NCBI RefSeq assembly: GCF_052425735.1
Contig: NC_135758.1
Location: 30,690,001 to 30,754,000, forward strand
Length of the DNA: 64,000 bases
DNA from: Oculina patagonica
Lineage: Eukaryota
Direction of reading: 5' to 3'
Shown here: positions 12,902 through 22,876 of the stretch, one piece after another
Numbering within the stretch: the first letter of the stretch is position 1
Layout of the letters: every line of letters starts with the position of its first letter
Translations under genes and position numbers: made by a program
The notes under the pieces: model-generated
What the model saw: only the letters and a program-made list of their open reading frames with translations
The model's database searches: none
What the model was told of the DNA's origin: nothing

Positions 12902-14443
12902 ATGAACTCTAGCAATACACATCTAGCAGCAAACGCTTCAAGTCAAGTGGTCCAGGTGCTGTCTGAGTTTTTTTGCCCAGTTAAACCAATACATATTTGG
13001 GTTTTAAGCAACAGAACCGAGTTCAAGATTGCCGCCGCCATTACACTCATTATTTGCCCCGTTGCCATTCTTCTAAACAACTTACTAATCTTAGCAGTAA
13101 AACTGAGAAGAGAGTTAAAAGAACACAACTCGAACATTCTTTTGGCAAGCTTGGCTGTAGCAGATGTTCTGATGAGTGCTGTATCTATGCCGTTGGTGAT
13201 CTGTTTAGATGTGTTAATTCTTTTAAAACGGTTTTTGTTTCCGGGTATTTTTTGTCACATAGCTTTTGTAAATGATCTTACACTGTTTGTCGGAGGTTGC
13301 TCGTCTACGTATCATCTGGCTGTGATTGCTTGGGAGAGGTACGTGGCGATAACCAAGTCGACAGAATACAAACTCATCGTTACCAGAGGCCGCGTCAAAA
13401 AGTATGCTGGAATTGCGTGGCTTCTAACTGTGTTCACAGCAATTCCACCACGCATAATGAAAGTCGTTGGTGTCCAATACAAATACCTTGTGGTCGTCAA
13501 CCTAGTTTCCTCCTTACCTGGGGTCTTGTGTTTAATATTAGTCAGCTATTTCTACATACTGGTTTATCTTTGTGTGCGCAAAAGAGACATAAACTCCATA
13601 AGCGAAGTCCGTTCTCTCATCAAAGCCAAGCTCGCCACCAAAGTCGCCAAAACGACTGCCATACTGACAGCTGCCGTGTTAATTTCGTTCATTCCATCGT
13701 CAGTCTACGTGTTCTTCGGAGACGCATATCCCGCACTTCGTAGAAGTTCGTATTTCCGTTGGTCGATGATGATGGCTCACCTCAACTCTGTTATGAACCC
13801 TGTTCTTTATTGCTACAGAGACCGACGCTATAGAGACGCAATGCTAGAGATGTTAATGAAGAATCCTGCTATTGGAGTACAGAAAAACGTAAGACGAATC
13901 GAATCTGTCCAGTCAGTGGAAGATGTCCCGGAGAATAACCGCACACCAAGAACAAGAATTCGAAGCTGTGGCTCGATTACAAACCTAAGAGATGCTGATC
14001 ATCAGAGAACTCATGGGCAAATGAAGCGAGGAAGAAGTGAGTCAGCTCCATCATGTGCAACAAACAGAGCGGTATGTGTCGATAAAAATCAACCTAAGAT
14101 CAACACAACAAAACCAGGAATCAAAGTTAAAGGCGGTCTGAGAAGAAATGGAAGTCGAAGTCATTACAAATACAACAGCGATAAGCCTCTTATTTCAAGG
14201 ATCGGGGCATCACTTCAGCCTCGGGCCTCGGGCCTTCCACCTGAAGGTTCCCGGCGACATTACCGTGAAAATGTACAAACATACTCCTTGAATGAACGTG
14301 CGTTATTTGAGATGATCAGCAGCCAGTACAAATGTCAGCAGGAAGCAATAAGAAGAACGAAGACATCGCGATTGCTACAAACGTCGTCAATAAAACATAT
14401 AATGGCAGAACGTGAACTGACAGGTTTTACAACAAAGTTGTAA
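12902..14443 (+). CDS. Orphan class A GPCR, subfamily A copy 1 (513 aa, ends in TKL)
   Basis: Intronless ORF with N-terminal N-x-S/T sites, seven hydrophobic segments, LAVAD (TM2), WERY (E/DRY), FIP (TM6), NSVMNPVLY (NPxxY) and a long basic Ser-rich tail. Confidence 0.93.
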   Translation: MNSSNTHLAANASSQVVQVLSEFFCPVKPIHIWVLSNRTEFKIAAAITLIICPVAILLNNLLILAVKLRRELKEHNSNILLASLAVADVLMSAVSMPLVICLDVLILLKRFLFPGIFCHIAFVNDLTLFVGGCSSTYHLAVIAWERYVAITKSTEYKLIVTRGRVKKYAGIAWLLTVFTAIPPRIMKVVGVQYKYLVVVNLVSSLPGVLCLILVSYFYILVYLCVRKRDINSISEVRSLIKAKLATKVAKTTAILTAAVLISFIPSSVYVFFGDAYPALRRSSYFRWSMMMAHLNSVMNPVLYCYRDRRYRDAMLEMLMKNPAIGVQKNVRRIESVQSVEDVPENNRTPRTRIRSCGSITNLRDADHQRTHGQMKRGRSESAPSCATNRAVCVDKNQPKINTTKPGIKVKGGLRRNGSRSHYKYNSDKPLISRIGASLQPRASGLPPEGSRRHYRENVQTYSLNERALFEMISSQYKCQQEAIRRTKTSRLLQTSSIKHIMAERELTGFTTKL

Positions 14444-15015
14444 GGATTGCAAGGCCACGATAGACGTGAACATTCTGAAGGGTCAGGCAACTTTAACTAG
14501 TCTATCTTTAATAAATCACTGAGATCTTAAACCGCGGTTTTCCATCGACTTCAGACCTCAGTCACGTGTTGATTTGGTTTTGCGTTAAGGCGTTTGCTTT
14601 GAACAGTTATATCAATAAAATTAAAGTCAATAGTGACTTATTGTCTTACACTCGTTTTCCGGCGCTTGACTACAGCGGTTGCACTGACATTTTTGCTGCG
14701 ATTTCTGAGTGGTTCATTGTGATTTGCCAGTTGCGATTACTATGTTTTTGTTTTCAGGACAGTCATTGGAATACGGCTCTAAAACACCAAGTCTTGTTCG
14801 GTTGACTCATATTTAACCACTCTTCTCCTGTTTTTATGATACCAAAAGGATTCGTATTCTGCTTTATCTGTAAACACAATTTTCATACGGTATCACAGAG
14901 GAGAAATTAAAACATTAAAAATTGATCAGAGTGGAATATTGCGAGTAATAATCACGAGCCATATGAGACGCTTATGGATTTATTAAGTTAACTAGGTGTT
15001 CTCGCGAATATCTAA

Positions 15016-15755
15016 AGCTGTGTTTACAGTGGGTCGAAACATAATTAGTCTGATCACGAATGAAACATGTTTCGCTGTGAAAAGTGTTCACATCAGGAGT
15101 GCATTGCGCGAATCATGATTGAAACGTGATTATTCTGATCATGATTGAAAGTACCTCACGAGGTAGTTTCAATCATGATCAGACTATCAGACTAAACACG
15201 TTTCAAATGGCCTACATGCGGTGAGGAGGCGAGTGCCCAAAAGCTTCAAAATTGGACCTTACTTGAGCTTCTATGGGAACAAAGGTTTGTTTAAAATTTG
15301 GGCTAACGAAGAGATACAACTGGAATTGTCGGCAATGGGTAGAAAGCTGAATATTTGGCAGATTATCACCACGAATGTTTATGACGAAGGATACAAGCGC
15401 ACACTATTGCAATGCAAAAACAAACTTCGCAAAAATTATTCTTTTACCGAATATAGCGCAAATACTGACAATACTGTCTCCTTGCTAAACGCTTGAAAGC
15501 CCTGCTCCATCGAAGGGCTTGAAAATACACAGAAAGACAAAGATTTAATGGAAACTTTATTGTAATTTCGAGCTGCTCTTTTTTTCGATTAAAGTTTACA
15601 AGATTTATGCAAGAACCGTAAAACCGCGTAAATTACAAACCAGGCATGAAACGTGTTTGAAACTGACACCTAATGTGAACAATGCAATAACAAGCATGTT
15701 TAAGTGAAACATGTTCATTCCAAACATGTTTCGGGTTAAATGCCGAGTGTGAACA
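15016..15755 (+). mobile_element. Degenerate PIF/Harbinger-like insertion with a Myb/SANT (trihelix) remnant
   Basis: Absent from the paralogous site (~25615). Starts TAA|AGCTGTGTTTACA and ends GTGTGAACA. ORF 15221-15496 contains IWANEEIQ...IWQII...GYKRTLLQCKNKLR, typical of Myb/SANT-like domains. Confidence 0.6.
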
Positions 15756-16442
15756 CATTGCATCTGCCCCTAAGTGTCCAGAAGTGTCTTTCATTATATT
15801 TGCAAGCTGGCTCATAATGAAAGAAGAATTCTGATTAATTCCACTCAGTGGTCCAAATTTTATCGCTAAATAAAGATGGACAGCTCAGGAATTATTTCAA
15901 TTCCGCCGAATTACTTTCACAATACAGGAATGGAAACTGTTTCTTAGTAAGTAGAAAACTAGTTTTGTTATTTCTTCTCGACAATTAATTTGGTTCTACT
16001 TATTAGATACGATTAAATTATTAAATTGTGTTTTTTTTTATTCCCATTAGTACCGAACAAGCCTGTTCAATAACATCAATATAATTATAATAATAGACTA
16101 TGTAAACACAACTCCCAAGTAAGGACAAACTGACAAAATAGTAATTCACGTGATGCGATATTGGCGGGGAGGTCACTATCAGCCCAGAGTGCCCGTCCGA
16201 GGAAAATACCCGGATGGTCATAGTCCTTGATTTTTTTTAAACAAGCGGTCCTACAGACAAAGAAAAACACCAAATTCACCGCATTAAGTGTAATTCTTTT
16301 ACCGGTTTCTTTTTTCCGTTTGTTAAAAGTTTCGGCTTTTAAATCTTTCATCCACTGAACAGTAATAATTCAAGATGCTCGTTCTAGAATGGGCTCGCGG
16401 AAGAAAATTTAGTGGTGAACAATAAAAACGATAGAGTGTTTT

Positions 16443-16594
16443 TGTCTAGGAACTATCGGTCTGATTGTTGCCCCTTGGAAATTTGATGTTCTTAAAACAA
16501 GCATATTAGCCCTCAAAACTTCGCTTCTCGGGGTAATATTTGTCTTAAGAACATCAAATTTTCGCGGGGCAACTATCAGCCGATAGTTTCTAGC
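16443..16594. repeat. ~150-bp imperfect hairpin within an interspersed repeat
   Basis: AACTATCGG..GTTGCCCC..AAATTTGATGTTCTTAA pairs with TTAAGAACATCAAATTT..GGGGCAAC..CCGATAGTT. Confidence 0.7.
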
Positions 16595-17625
16595 CAGAAC
16601 CACTTAACTGTTTAAATAGAAAACAATGGGAGAACCAATCAATTAAAAGAAAATATCACAAGCTTGAGGTCTAGAAAAGCTGCTAATGGATGCCCAAGCC
16701 GTAAGGCGAGGGCATTCAGCTGCTGGTAGTAAAAAGGGAACGGAAAGATAGAGGCAATGGCTCTTAGCAGACCCGCATAGGCGTTTTACTCTTTCTAGCT
16801 GGTCTAACTTCATTCTTTCATTCTTCATTCTTTCATTTCATTCTTCATTCTTTCCACACTGTTACTCACACACAGAAGTCACCCTTAACTCTATCATAAA
16901 AAAAATCCCATTTAATCGAACGTAACGGAAAAAAAAAATGAAATTCTTTATTTGTCTCCCAGGCTTTCCTCCTCCAATTTAACTCGGTATCTATAGGCCA
17001 CAATTATCTGAGCTATTAATGTCTAACTGAAATGTTTTGCACGGTTACTGACTAGCACTGAAATTGAACAGTTCCCAACGCATTTTCTCTCAGTCGTAAA
17101 AAAAGGAACGCCTGGAGGGATAGACACAGATGATGGCTCTTCACAGACTCTTTTATATTACTCCTGCTTGTCTAATCCCATTGTTTCCTTCCACACTGTA
17201 TCACACACACAGAAATTAACTTAAATCTCGAATAACTTTTTTCCTTGTTCCGTTTCTTGTTTTATGCTACAAAGATATCATTAGAGAAACCGTTTCGGAA
17301 TTCGCTTCATTAGATATACATTTATGTGCCTCTTTCTTTTTGAAAGCGACAGATTTTGTCCAGGTTTATAAACAAGATATAAAAGGTACTATTTTTAATT
17401 TTCTCTATTCCCGCTTCCGTTCATTTGCATAACACAAAGTGCAGTAAATAAACAAGTTCAGCTTCACTCGTAGGAACGTCTGTGCTGGAAGAAGAATGGT
17501 GGATAACTAGAGATAGATGATCATGAACACCAAAGAAGACGATTCACACAGCTAGACCTCTCGCAGTGAGAACTTGAACGTTATTTATCAGTTCTTTTGC
17601 AGAACGTAGTGATCCTGGCATCAAG

Positions 17626-17953
17626 ATGAGCTCTAGCTGGCATCAAGATAAGCTCTAGCTATAAAGATTTAGCTGCGAACGCTTCAAGCCAGGTGGTCCA
17701 GGTGCTGTCTTATTTTTTTTGCCCAGTCAAACCAATACATATTTTGAATTTTAAGCGAACGAACCGCGTTCAAGGTAGCCGCCGCCATAACACTCATTAT
17801 TTGCCCCGTTGCCATTTCTCTAAACATTGTAATAATCTTAGCAGTAAAAATGAGAAGAGAGTTAAAAGGACAAAACTCGAACATTCTGTTAGCAAGCTTA
17901 GCTATAGCGGATGTTCAAATGGGCGCTGTCTCCATGCCGTTGGCTCTCTGTTC
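17626..17953 (+). pseudogene. GPCR subfamily A 5' fragment
   Basis: Homologous to the N-terminus through TM2 of 12902. Has a 22-bp tandem duplication at the start, frameshifts, and truncation after SMPLA. Confidence 0.85.
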
Positions 17954-18915
17954 CTTTTCGCACGAGCGAGATGAACATGAATATGCAAAAGAAAAACAAA
18001 GCGTGGAGCGAGGCAAAAAAATACATATAACAATGTAAAATATAAAAGCCAATGAAAGCACCAATAAAACTTGAATTCTTCGGCGTCTAGCATCCGTTAA
18101 AAGTTTCACCTTATTTCTTAATTTCCTACGACGGTTTGCCTCGAGAAAATAAGAAATAAGAAAGATAACTAGACACAGCTTTCGCCATTCAACCATGTTT
18201 ACATTTAGCGGATCAATAATAAGGGGTATCACGAACTACTTTTAATTCTGACATCATCCAAAGGCTAATCAGAGAACTAACTGTAATTAACTGCGTTGAT
18301 GTGACCGCAACGTCGACTGGAACCACTAACTACAGTTAAGTATGACGTCATGTAACTTGAGACTAACCAGAGGTAAACTGTAGTTACGGCGTAGATGCGA
18401 CCACGGCCAATGTCTCACGGAAATGTGTTTTGCACGGTTTCTGACTAGCGCTAGTAGTATGGGGCGTTACCGTAGGGCGCACTTAATATTCAAAATGGTG
18501 GCCGATCTCAACGAATATAAAATAATAGTAAAAAACGAGCTTGAAAATTTAAAAAGGAAACGCGTCATAGGGAAATGTAGGGGGATATGTAAGGCTAGAA
18601 AAAAAAAAGACAGATGCGAACAGGTGTAACAGGTTTGCGTTGTAACTCTCAACTATCATAAAATAAGTTTAAAAACGGCGTTCAATATCACCTGAAAAGA
18701 AAAAAGACATGGCGCGGGGCCAGGACGAAAAAAATATGGTTTTATTTTTAAAAATGGAGTGACGTCATACCGTTTGGCAAGAACTAAATACCGTCACAAA
18801 GTAAAACGTGTTTACCCGAACAAGTTTTGTCAGGTTTGGTTTAAAACCTTATAAGACATACAAACGCACACACGCACACACATACACTCAGTTCAGATAA
18901 CCAAAGCAGTGAAAG

Positions 18916-19518
18916 ATGGTTCCAAACAGTCAAGTCGATATCAGTTCGAAACCTCTGTTGACAGTGGATGAAGTGGAAAAAGTCAAGCGTCAAAAGGTGG
19001 ATGGTTTCATTAGCCATGTCTTTCAGTTGACGTTTGCTGCCATGTTTGACACGCTGATCAATGAAGAGAAGGTGAAGCATTGCAATGGATGCGCTATTCA
19101 ACACCCTAGTCAGAGACAACACTCCTGTCTCATGATGGAGAACGAAGAGGCCTGGATGTATTACCCGGCGATAACGTGCTGGAGAGAATTGGTGCAGAAA
19201 ACGGCCGAATGTGTGTGCAGTGCTCTTGGCATTAAGCTAGGAACTTCCTGGAAAGCCTACGTCACTGAATTGCCAAAGTTCCCTTGGACAAGTATTTATC
19301 TGACCGCCCTGGAGCTTTCCCAAGGCCAGGATCTCGAAAGTCGTATCTTGTATGCCCTTTTTTATGGTCCAAATGGATTGAAATCGAAGGATTATGACTG
19401 TGATGTAGAAATGGACCCACTTGAAGTGGAATGCCCCGAGAACATTGTCAGAAAAGAAGAGGAACCAATGGACCTTGACATTGTAATTAACCACATACAA
19501 AACAAGCTTTTTATATAG
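18916..19518 (+). CDS. Maverick terminal Cys/His protein, left-arm copy (200 aa, local indels)
   Basis: Inverted copy of 22265-22876 with CNGCAIQHPSQRQHSC. TATA-like TTATAAG at ~18849 and AATAAA at ~19522. Confidence 0.65.
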   Translation: MVPNSQVDISSKPLLTVDEVEKVKRQKVDGFISHVFQLTFAAMFDTLINEEKVKHCNGCAIQHPSQRQHSCLMMENEEAWMYYPAITCWRELVQKTAECVCSALGIKLGTSWKAYVTELPKFPWTSIYLTALELSQGQDLESRILYALFYGPNGLKSKDYDCDVEMDPLEVECPENIVRKEEEPMDLDIVINHIQNKLFI

Positions 19519-19626
19519 AACAATAAAATATACATTTGATTTTATTTTATCTGTGTCTTGTTTTAAAGGGTACGAAGTGTCAAACAGTTTTACAAACGTT
19601 TTTCATAACAACATCAACTAAACAAG

Positions 19627-19944
19627 TCATTGCAAGTCCTGCTTCTCCTCTCTCGTTCGGTATAATGCAGTTTTAAAATTGTCCTCTCGCGCTTGTATAA
19701 TTTCCTCGCTGAGTTTGAGATTTTCCTCTTTCAGAGCAGTGTTTTCTTTTTTCACTTTTTCCAACTGATGTCGCAATTCTTTGAGTCGCTGATTCCATTC
19801 ACTGTTTATATTCTCTTTATAGTCTTCCATCTTGCGCTCCACTTGCTCGGCTAATTCTTGGTGTTCTTGATGGTGTCTTTCTAAAAACTCCAATCTTCGT
19901 TTTCTAAGGCGTTCTTCCAAATTTCTTTCTTCCCTCCAGTGCAT
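19627..19944 (-). pseudogene. Maverick coiled-coil ORF, left-arm copy (5' part deleted)
   Basis: Inverted copy of 21791-22156 lacking ~35 bp around the start. Confidence 0.6.
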
Positions 19945-20101
19945 GACAATATTAGTACGACTGACACAGAATGATAGTTTAACCTCGTTTTATTACATAT
20001 TCAAATGATAAGTGATTGGTTACAGATTACATCATCAGTCAAACACACTATTACAAGGTCCTTCTGGAATGTCTATGCCTTGTTTCTTTCTCTCTTGTCG
20101 T

Positions 20102-20599
20102 TCATATTAATACAAAGTCTATATCTTCATCCTCTAGCCCTTTGACTTCATAAAAGAAAAAGCGGTGACTCCAACTAAGGTTGAGTATTTTGATGTAACT
20201 TTGGCGGTTTTCTTCAGAGTTGTCAAAGAGTCTCAAGATAAAGCCGTCATCAATATGGTCCTCGTAGACACCTCCCTTAAATGCTTGATCCTTTTCAACC
20301 AGGAAGTGGTAAATTTTTCGTACGTTTCTAAGGTCCACATTGTTGATGCCATCTGCCATGAACACGCTTAATTTTTTGTTGTACTCCATCCATTCTTGGG
20401 ACGTTACTGTAGCACTGTGGGGAAAGTGTAGGCGTAGAGTGCGGAAGAGGCTTCTGAGAAAAGCTGTAAAGAAGAGTCTGTAGCTTGTTGAAGACAGGAT
20501 CAGGCTCGTAGCTTCGTTCATTCTGTTCATGATGACACGCTGATGTGTAACTGACAACCTTGGCATGATCCTCGGGTTTTGTTTATAATCCAAGTCCAT
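20102..20599 (-). pseudogene. Maverick 188-aa ORF, left-arm copy (frameshifted C-terminus)
   Basis: Inverted copy of 21147-21713 truncated by small deletions near 20105. Confidence 0.6.
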
Positions 20600-20800
20600 A
20601 TTTGGTTTGCATGATCCTTTGAATAAGGGCTTCAGACCACGTTTTCTTTTTTCCTTTAACTTTAAGCGCGTTGATCATTTTTTTGTCTGCAGCCCACTTT
20701 TTCTTCTTGTTCCCTTTAGCATCCCTGTAAGCTATGTCGTGTTGCTTGCAGATTTCATCGAGTTCGTTGATTCCCTTGTCTCCTCGAGCCAGTCTTTTAT
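20583..20800 (-). pseudogene. PLA2 ORF, left-arm copy truncated at the fold-back point
   Basis: Retains NELDEICKQHDIAY but lacks the YCGP loop. Confidence 0.65.
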
Positions 20801-21163
20801 GCAAAAAAATATCTTATCGTTTCTCAAGCGGGTGGTGGTTTCGATTTTCACGGTTTTGTTCAACGCAAGTTTAAACCCCGAGAATGGCACTTTTGGAACC
20901 CCATGGATGGCAAATACAACTATTGTGGTCCATTTACAAAACTGGATAAAAGACTGGCTCGAGGAGACAAGGGAATCAACGAACTCGATGAAATCTGCAA
21001 GCAACACGACATAGCTTACAGGGATGCTAAAGGGAACAAGAAGAAAAAGTGGGCTGCCGACAAAAAAATGATCGACGCGCTTAAAGTTAAAGGAAAAAAG
21101 AAAACGTGGTCTGAAGCCCTAATTCAAAGGATCATGCAAACCAAATATGGACTTGGATTATAA
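20801..21163 (+). CDS. Parvovirus VP1u-type phospholipase A2 protein (adintovirus PLA2X-like), probably 5'-truncated
   Basis: The frame is open across the spacer: AKKYLIVSQAGGGFDFHG...EWHFWNPMDGKYNYCGPFTKLDKRL...INELDEICKQHDIAY...AD. This has the YxGP Ca-loop and the catalytic HDxxY..D. First ATG is at 20903. Confidence 0.85.
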   Translation, partial: AKKYLIVSQAGGGFDFHGFVQRKFKPREWHFWNPMDGKYNYCGPFTKLDKRLARGDKGINELDEICKQHDIAYRDAKGNKKKKWAADKKMIDALKVKGKKKTWSEALIQRIMQTKYGLGL

Positions 21164-21713
21164 ACAAAACCCGAGGATCATGCCAAGGTTGTCAGTTACA
21201 CATCAGCGTGTCATCATGAACAGAATGAACGAAGCTACGAGCCTGATCCTGTCTTCAACAAGCTACAGACTCTTCTTTACAGCTTTTCTCAGAAGCCTCT
21301 TCCTCACTCTACGCCTACACTTTCCCCACAGTGCTACAGTAACGTCCCAAGAATGGATGGAGTACAACAAAAAATTAAGCGTGTTCATGGCAGATGGCAT
21401 CAACAATGTGGACCTTAGAAACGTACGAAAAATTTACCACTTCCTGGTTGAAAAGGATCAAGCATTTAAGGGAGGTGTCTACGAGGACCATATTGATGAC
21501 GGCTTTATCTTGAGACTCTTTGACAACTCTGAAGAAAACCGCCAAAGTTACATCAAAATACTCAACCTTAGTTGGAGTCACCGCTTTTTCTTTTATGAAG
21601 TCAAAGGGCTAGAGGATGAAGATATAGACTTTGTATTAAGTATTGAACGACAAGAGAGAAAGAAACAAGGTATAGACATTCCAGAAGGACCTTGTAATAG
21701 TGTGTTTGACTGA
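21147..21713 (+). CDS. Maverick accessory protein, unknown function (188 aa)
   Basis: Intact ORF overlapping the PLA2 stop by 17 nt (virus-like packing). Confidence 0.65.
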   Translation: MDLDYKQNPRIMPRLSVTHQRVIMNRMNEATSLILSSTSYRLFFTAFLRSLFLTLRLHFPHSATVTSQEWMEYNKKLSVFMADGINNVDLRNVRKIYHFLVEKDQAFKGGVYEDHIDDGFILRLFDNSEENRQSYIKILNLSWSHRFFFYEVKGLEDEDIDFVLSIERQERKKQGIDIPEGPCNSVFD

Positions 21714-21790
21714 TGATGTAATCTGTAACCAATCACTTATCATTTGAATATGTAATAAAACGAGGTTAAGCTATCATTCTGTGTCAGTCT

Positions 21791-22156
21791 TTGATCATTT
21801 GTAAAATGACTAGTTGCGGAGAAAGTACTAATATTGTCATACACTGGAGGGAAGAAAGAAATTTGGAAGAACGCCTTAGAAAACGAAGATTGGAGTTTTT
21901 AGAAAGACACCATCAAGAATACCAAGAATTAGCCGAGCAAGTGGAGCGCAAGATGGAAGACTATAAAGAGAATATAAACAGTGAATGGAATCAGCGACTC
22001 AAAGAATTGCGACATCAGTTGGAAAAAGTGAAAAAAGAAAACACTGCTCTGAAAGAGGAAAATCTCAAACTCAGCGAGGAAATTATACAAGCGCGAGAGG
22101 ACAATTTTAAAACTGCATTATACCGAACGAGAGAGGAGAAGCAGGACTTGCAATGA
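21791..22156 (+). CDS. Maverick accessory coiled-coil / leucine-zipper-like protein (~116-121 aa)
   Basis: E/K/R-rich heptads (LKELRHQLEKVKKENTALKEENLKLSEEI). ATG at 21806. AATAAA at ~22237. Confidence 0.65.
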   Translation: MIICKMTSCGESTNIVIHWREERNLEERLRKRRLEFLERHHQEYQELAEQVERKMEDYKENINSEWNQRLKELRHQLEKVKKENTALKEENLKLSEEIIQAREDNFKTALYRTREEKQDLQ

Positions 22157-22264
22157 CTTGTTTAGTTGATGTTGTTATGAAAAACGTTTGTAAAACTGTT
22201 TGACACTTCGTACCCTTTAAAACAAGACACAGATAAAATAAAATCAAATGTATATTTTATTGTT

Positions 22265-22876
22265 CTATATAAAAAGCTTGTTTTGTATGTGGTTAATTAC
22301 AATGTCAAGGTCCATTGGTTCCTCTTCTTTTCTGACAATGTTCTCGGGGCATTCCACTTCAAGTGGGTCCATTTCTACATCACAATCATAATCCTTCGAT
22401 TTCAATCCATTTGGACCATAAAAAAGGGCATACAAGATACGACTTTCGAGATCCTGGCCTTGGGAAAGCTCCAGGGCGGTCAGATAAATACTTGTCCAAG
22501 GGAACTTTGGCAATTCAGTGACGTAGGCTTTCCAGGAAGTTCCTAGCTTAATGCCAAGAGCACTGCACACACATTCGGCCGTTTTCTGCACCACATTGAG
22601 GTCAATTCTCTCCAGCACGTTATCGCGGTAATACATCCAGGCCTCTTCGTTCTCCATCATGAGACAGGAGTGTTGTCTCTGACTAGGGTGTTGAATAGCG
22701 CATCCATTGCAATGCTTCACCTTCTCTTCATTGATCAGCGTGTCAAACATGGCAGCAAACGTCAACTGAAAGACATGGCTAATGAAACCATCCACCTTTT
22801 GACGCTTGACTTTTTCCACTTCATCCACTGTCAACAGAGGTTTCGAACTGATATCGACTTGACTGTTTGGAACCAT
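22265..22876 (-). CDS. Maverick terminal Cys/His (putative Zn-binding) protein, 203 aa
   Basis: CxxC-x3-HPSQRQHxC motif and an acidic C-terminus. Transcribed inward from the terminus, with TATA-like and AATAAA signals. Confidence 0.7.
   Translation of the reverse strand: MVPNSQVDISSKPLLTVDEVEKVKRQKVDGFISHVFQLTFAAMFDTLINEEKVKHCNGCAIQHPSQRQHSCLMMENEEAWMYYRDNVLERIDLNVVQKTAECVCSALGIKLGTSWKAYVTELPKFPWTSIYLTALELSQGQDLESRILYALFYGPNGLKSKDYDCDVEMDPLEVECPENIVRKEEEPMDLDIVINHIQNKLFI

Noticed and set aside
12902-14443. Assigning a ligand or gene symbol (adenosine, amine, opsin, olfactory) to the GPCRs
   Set aside because: Only generic class A motifs are visible and there is no TM7 retinal-binding lysine; phylogenetic analysis is needed.
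18447-18452. AGCGCT as part of the inverted arm rather than a TSD
   Set aside because: It is self-complementary, but paralogous empty sites carry one AGCACT between the same flanks (CTGACT / GAAA), so a duplication is the better reading.
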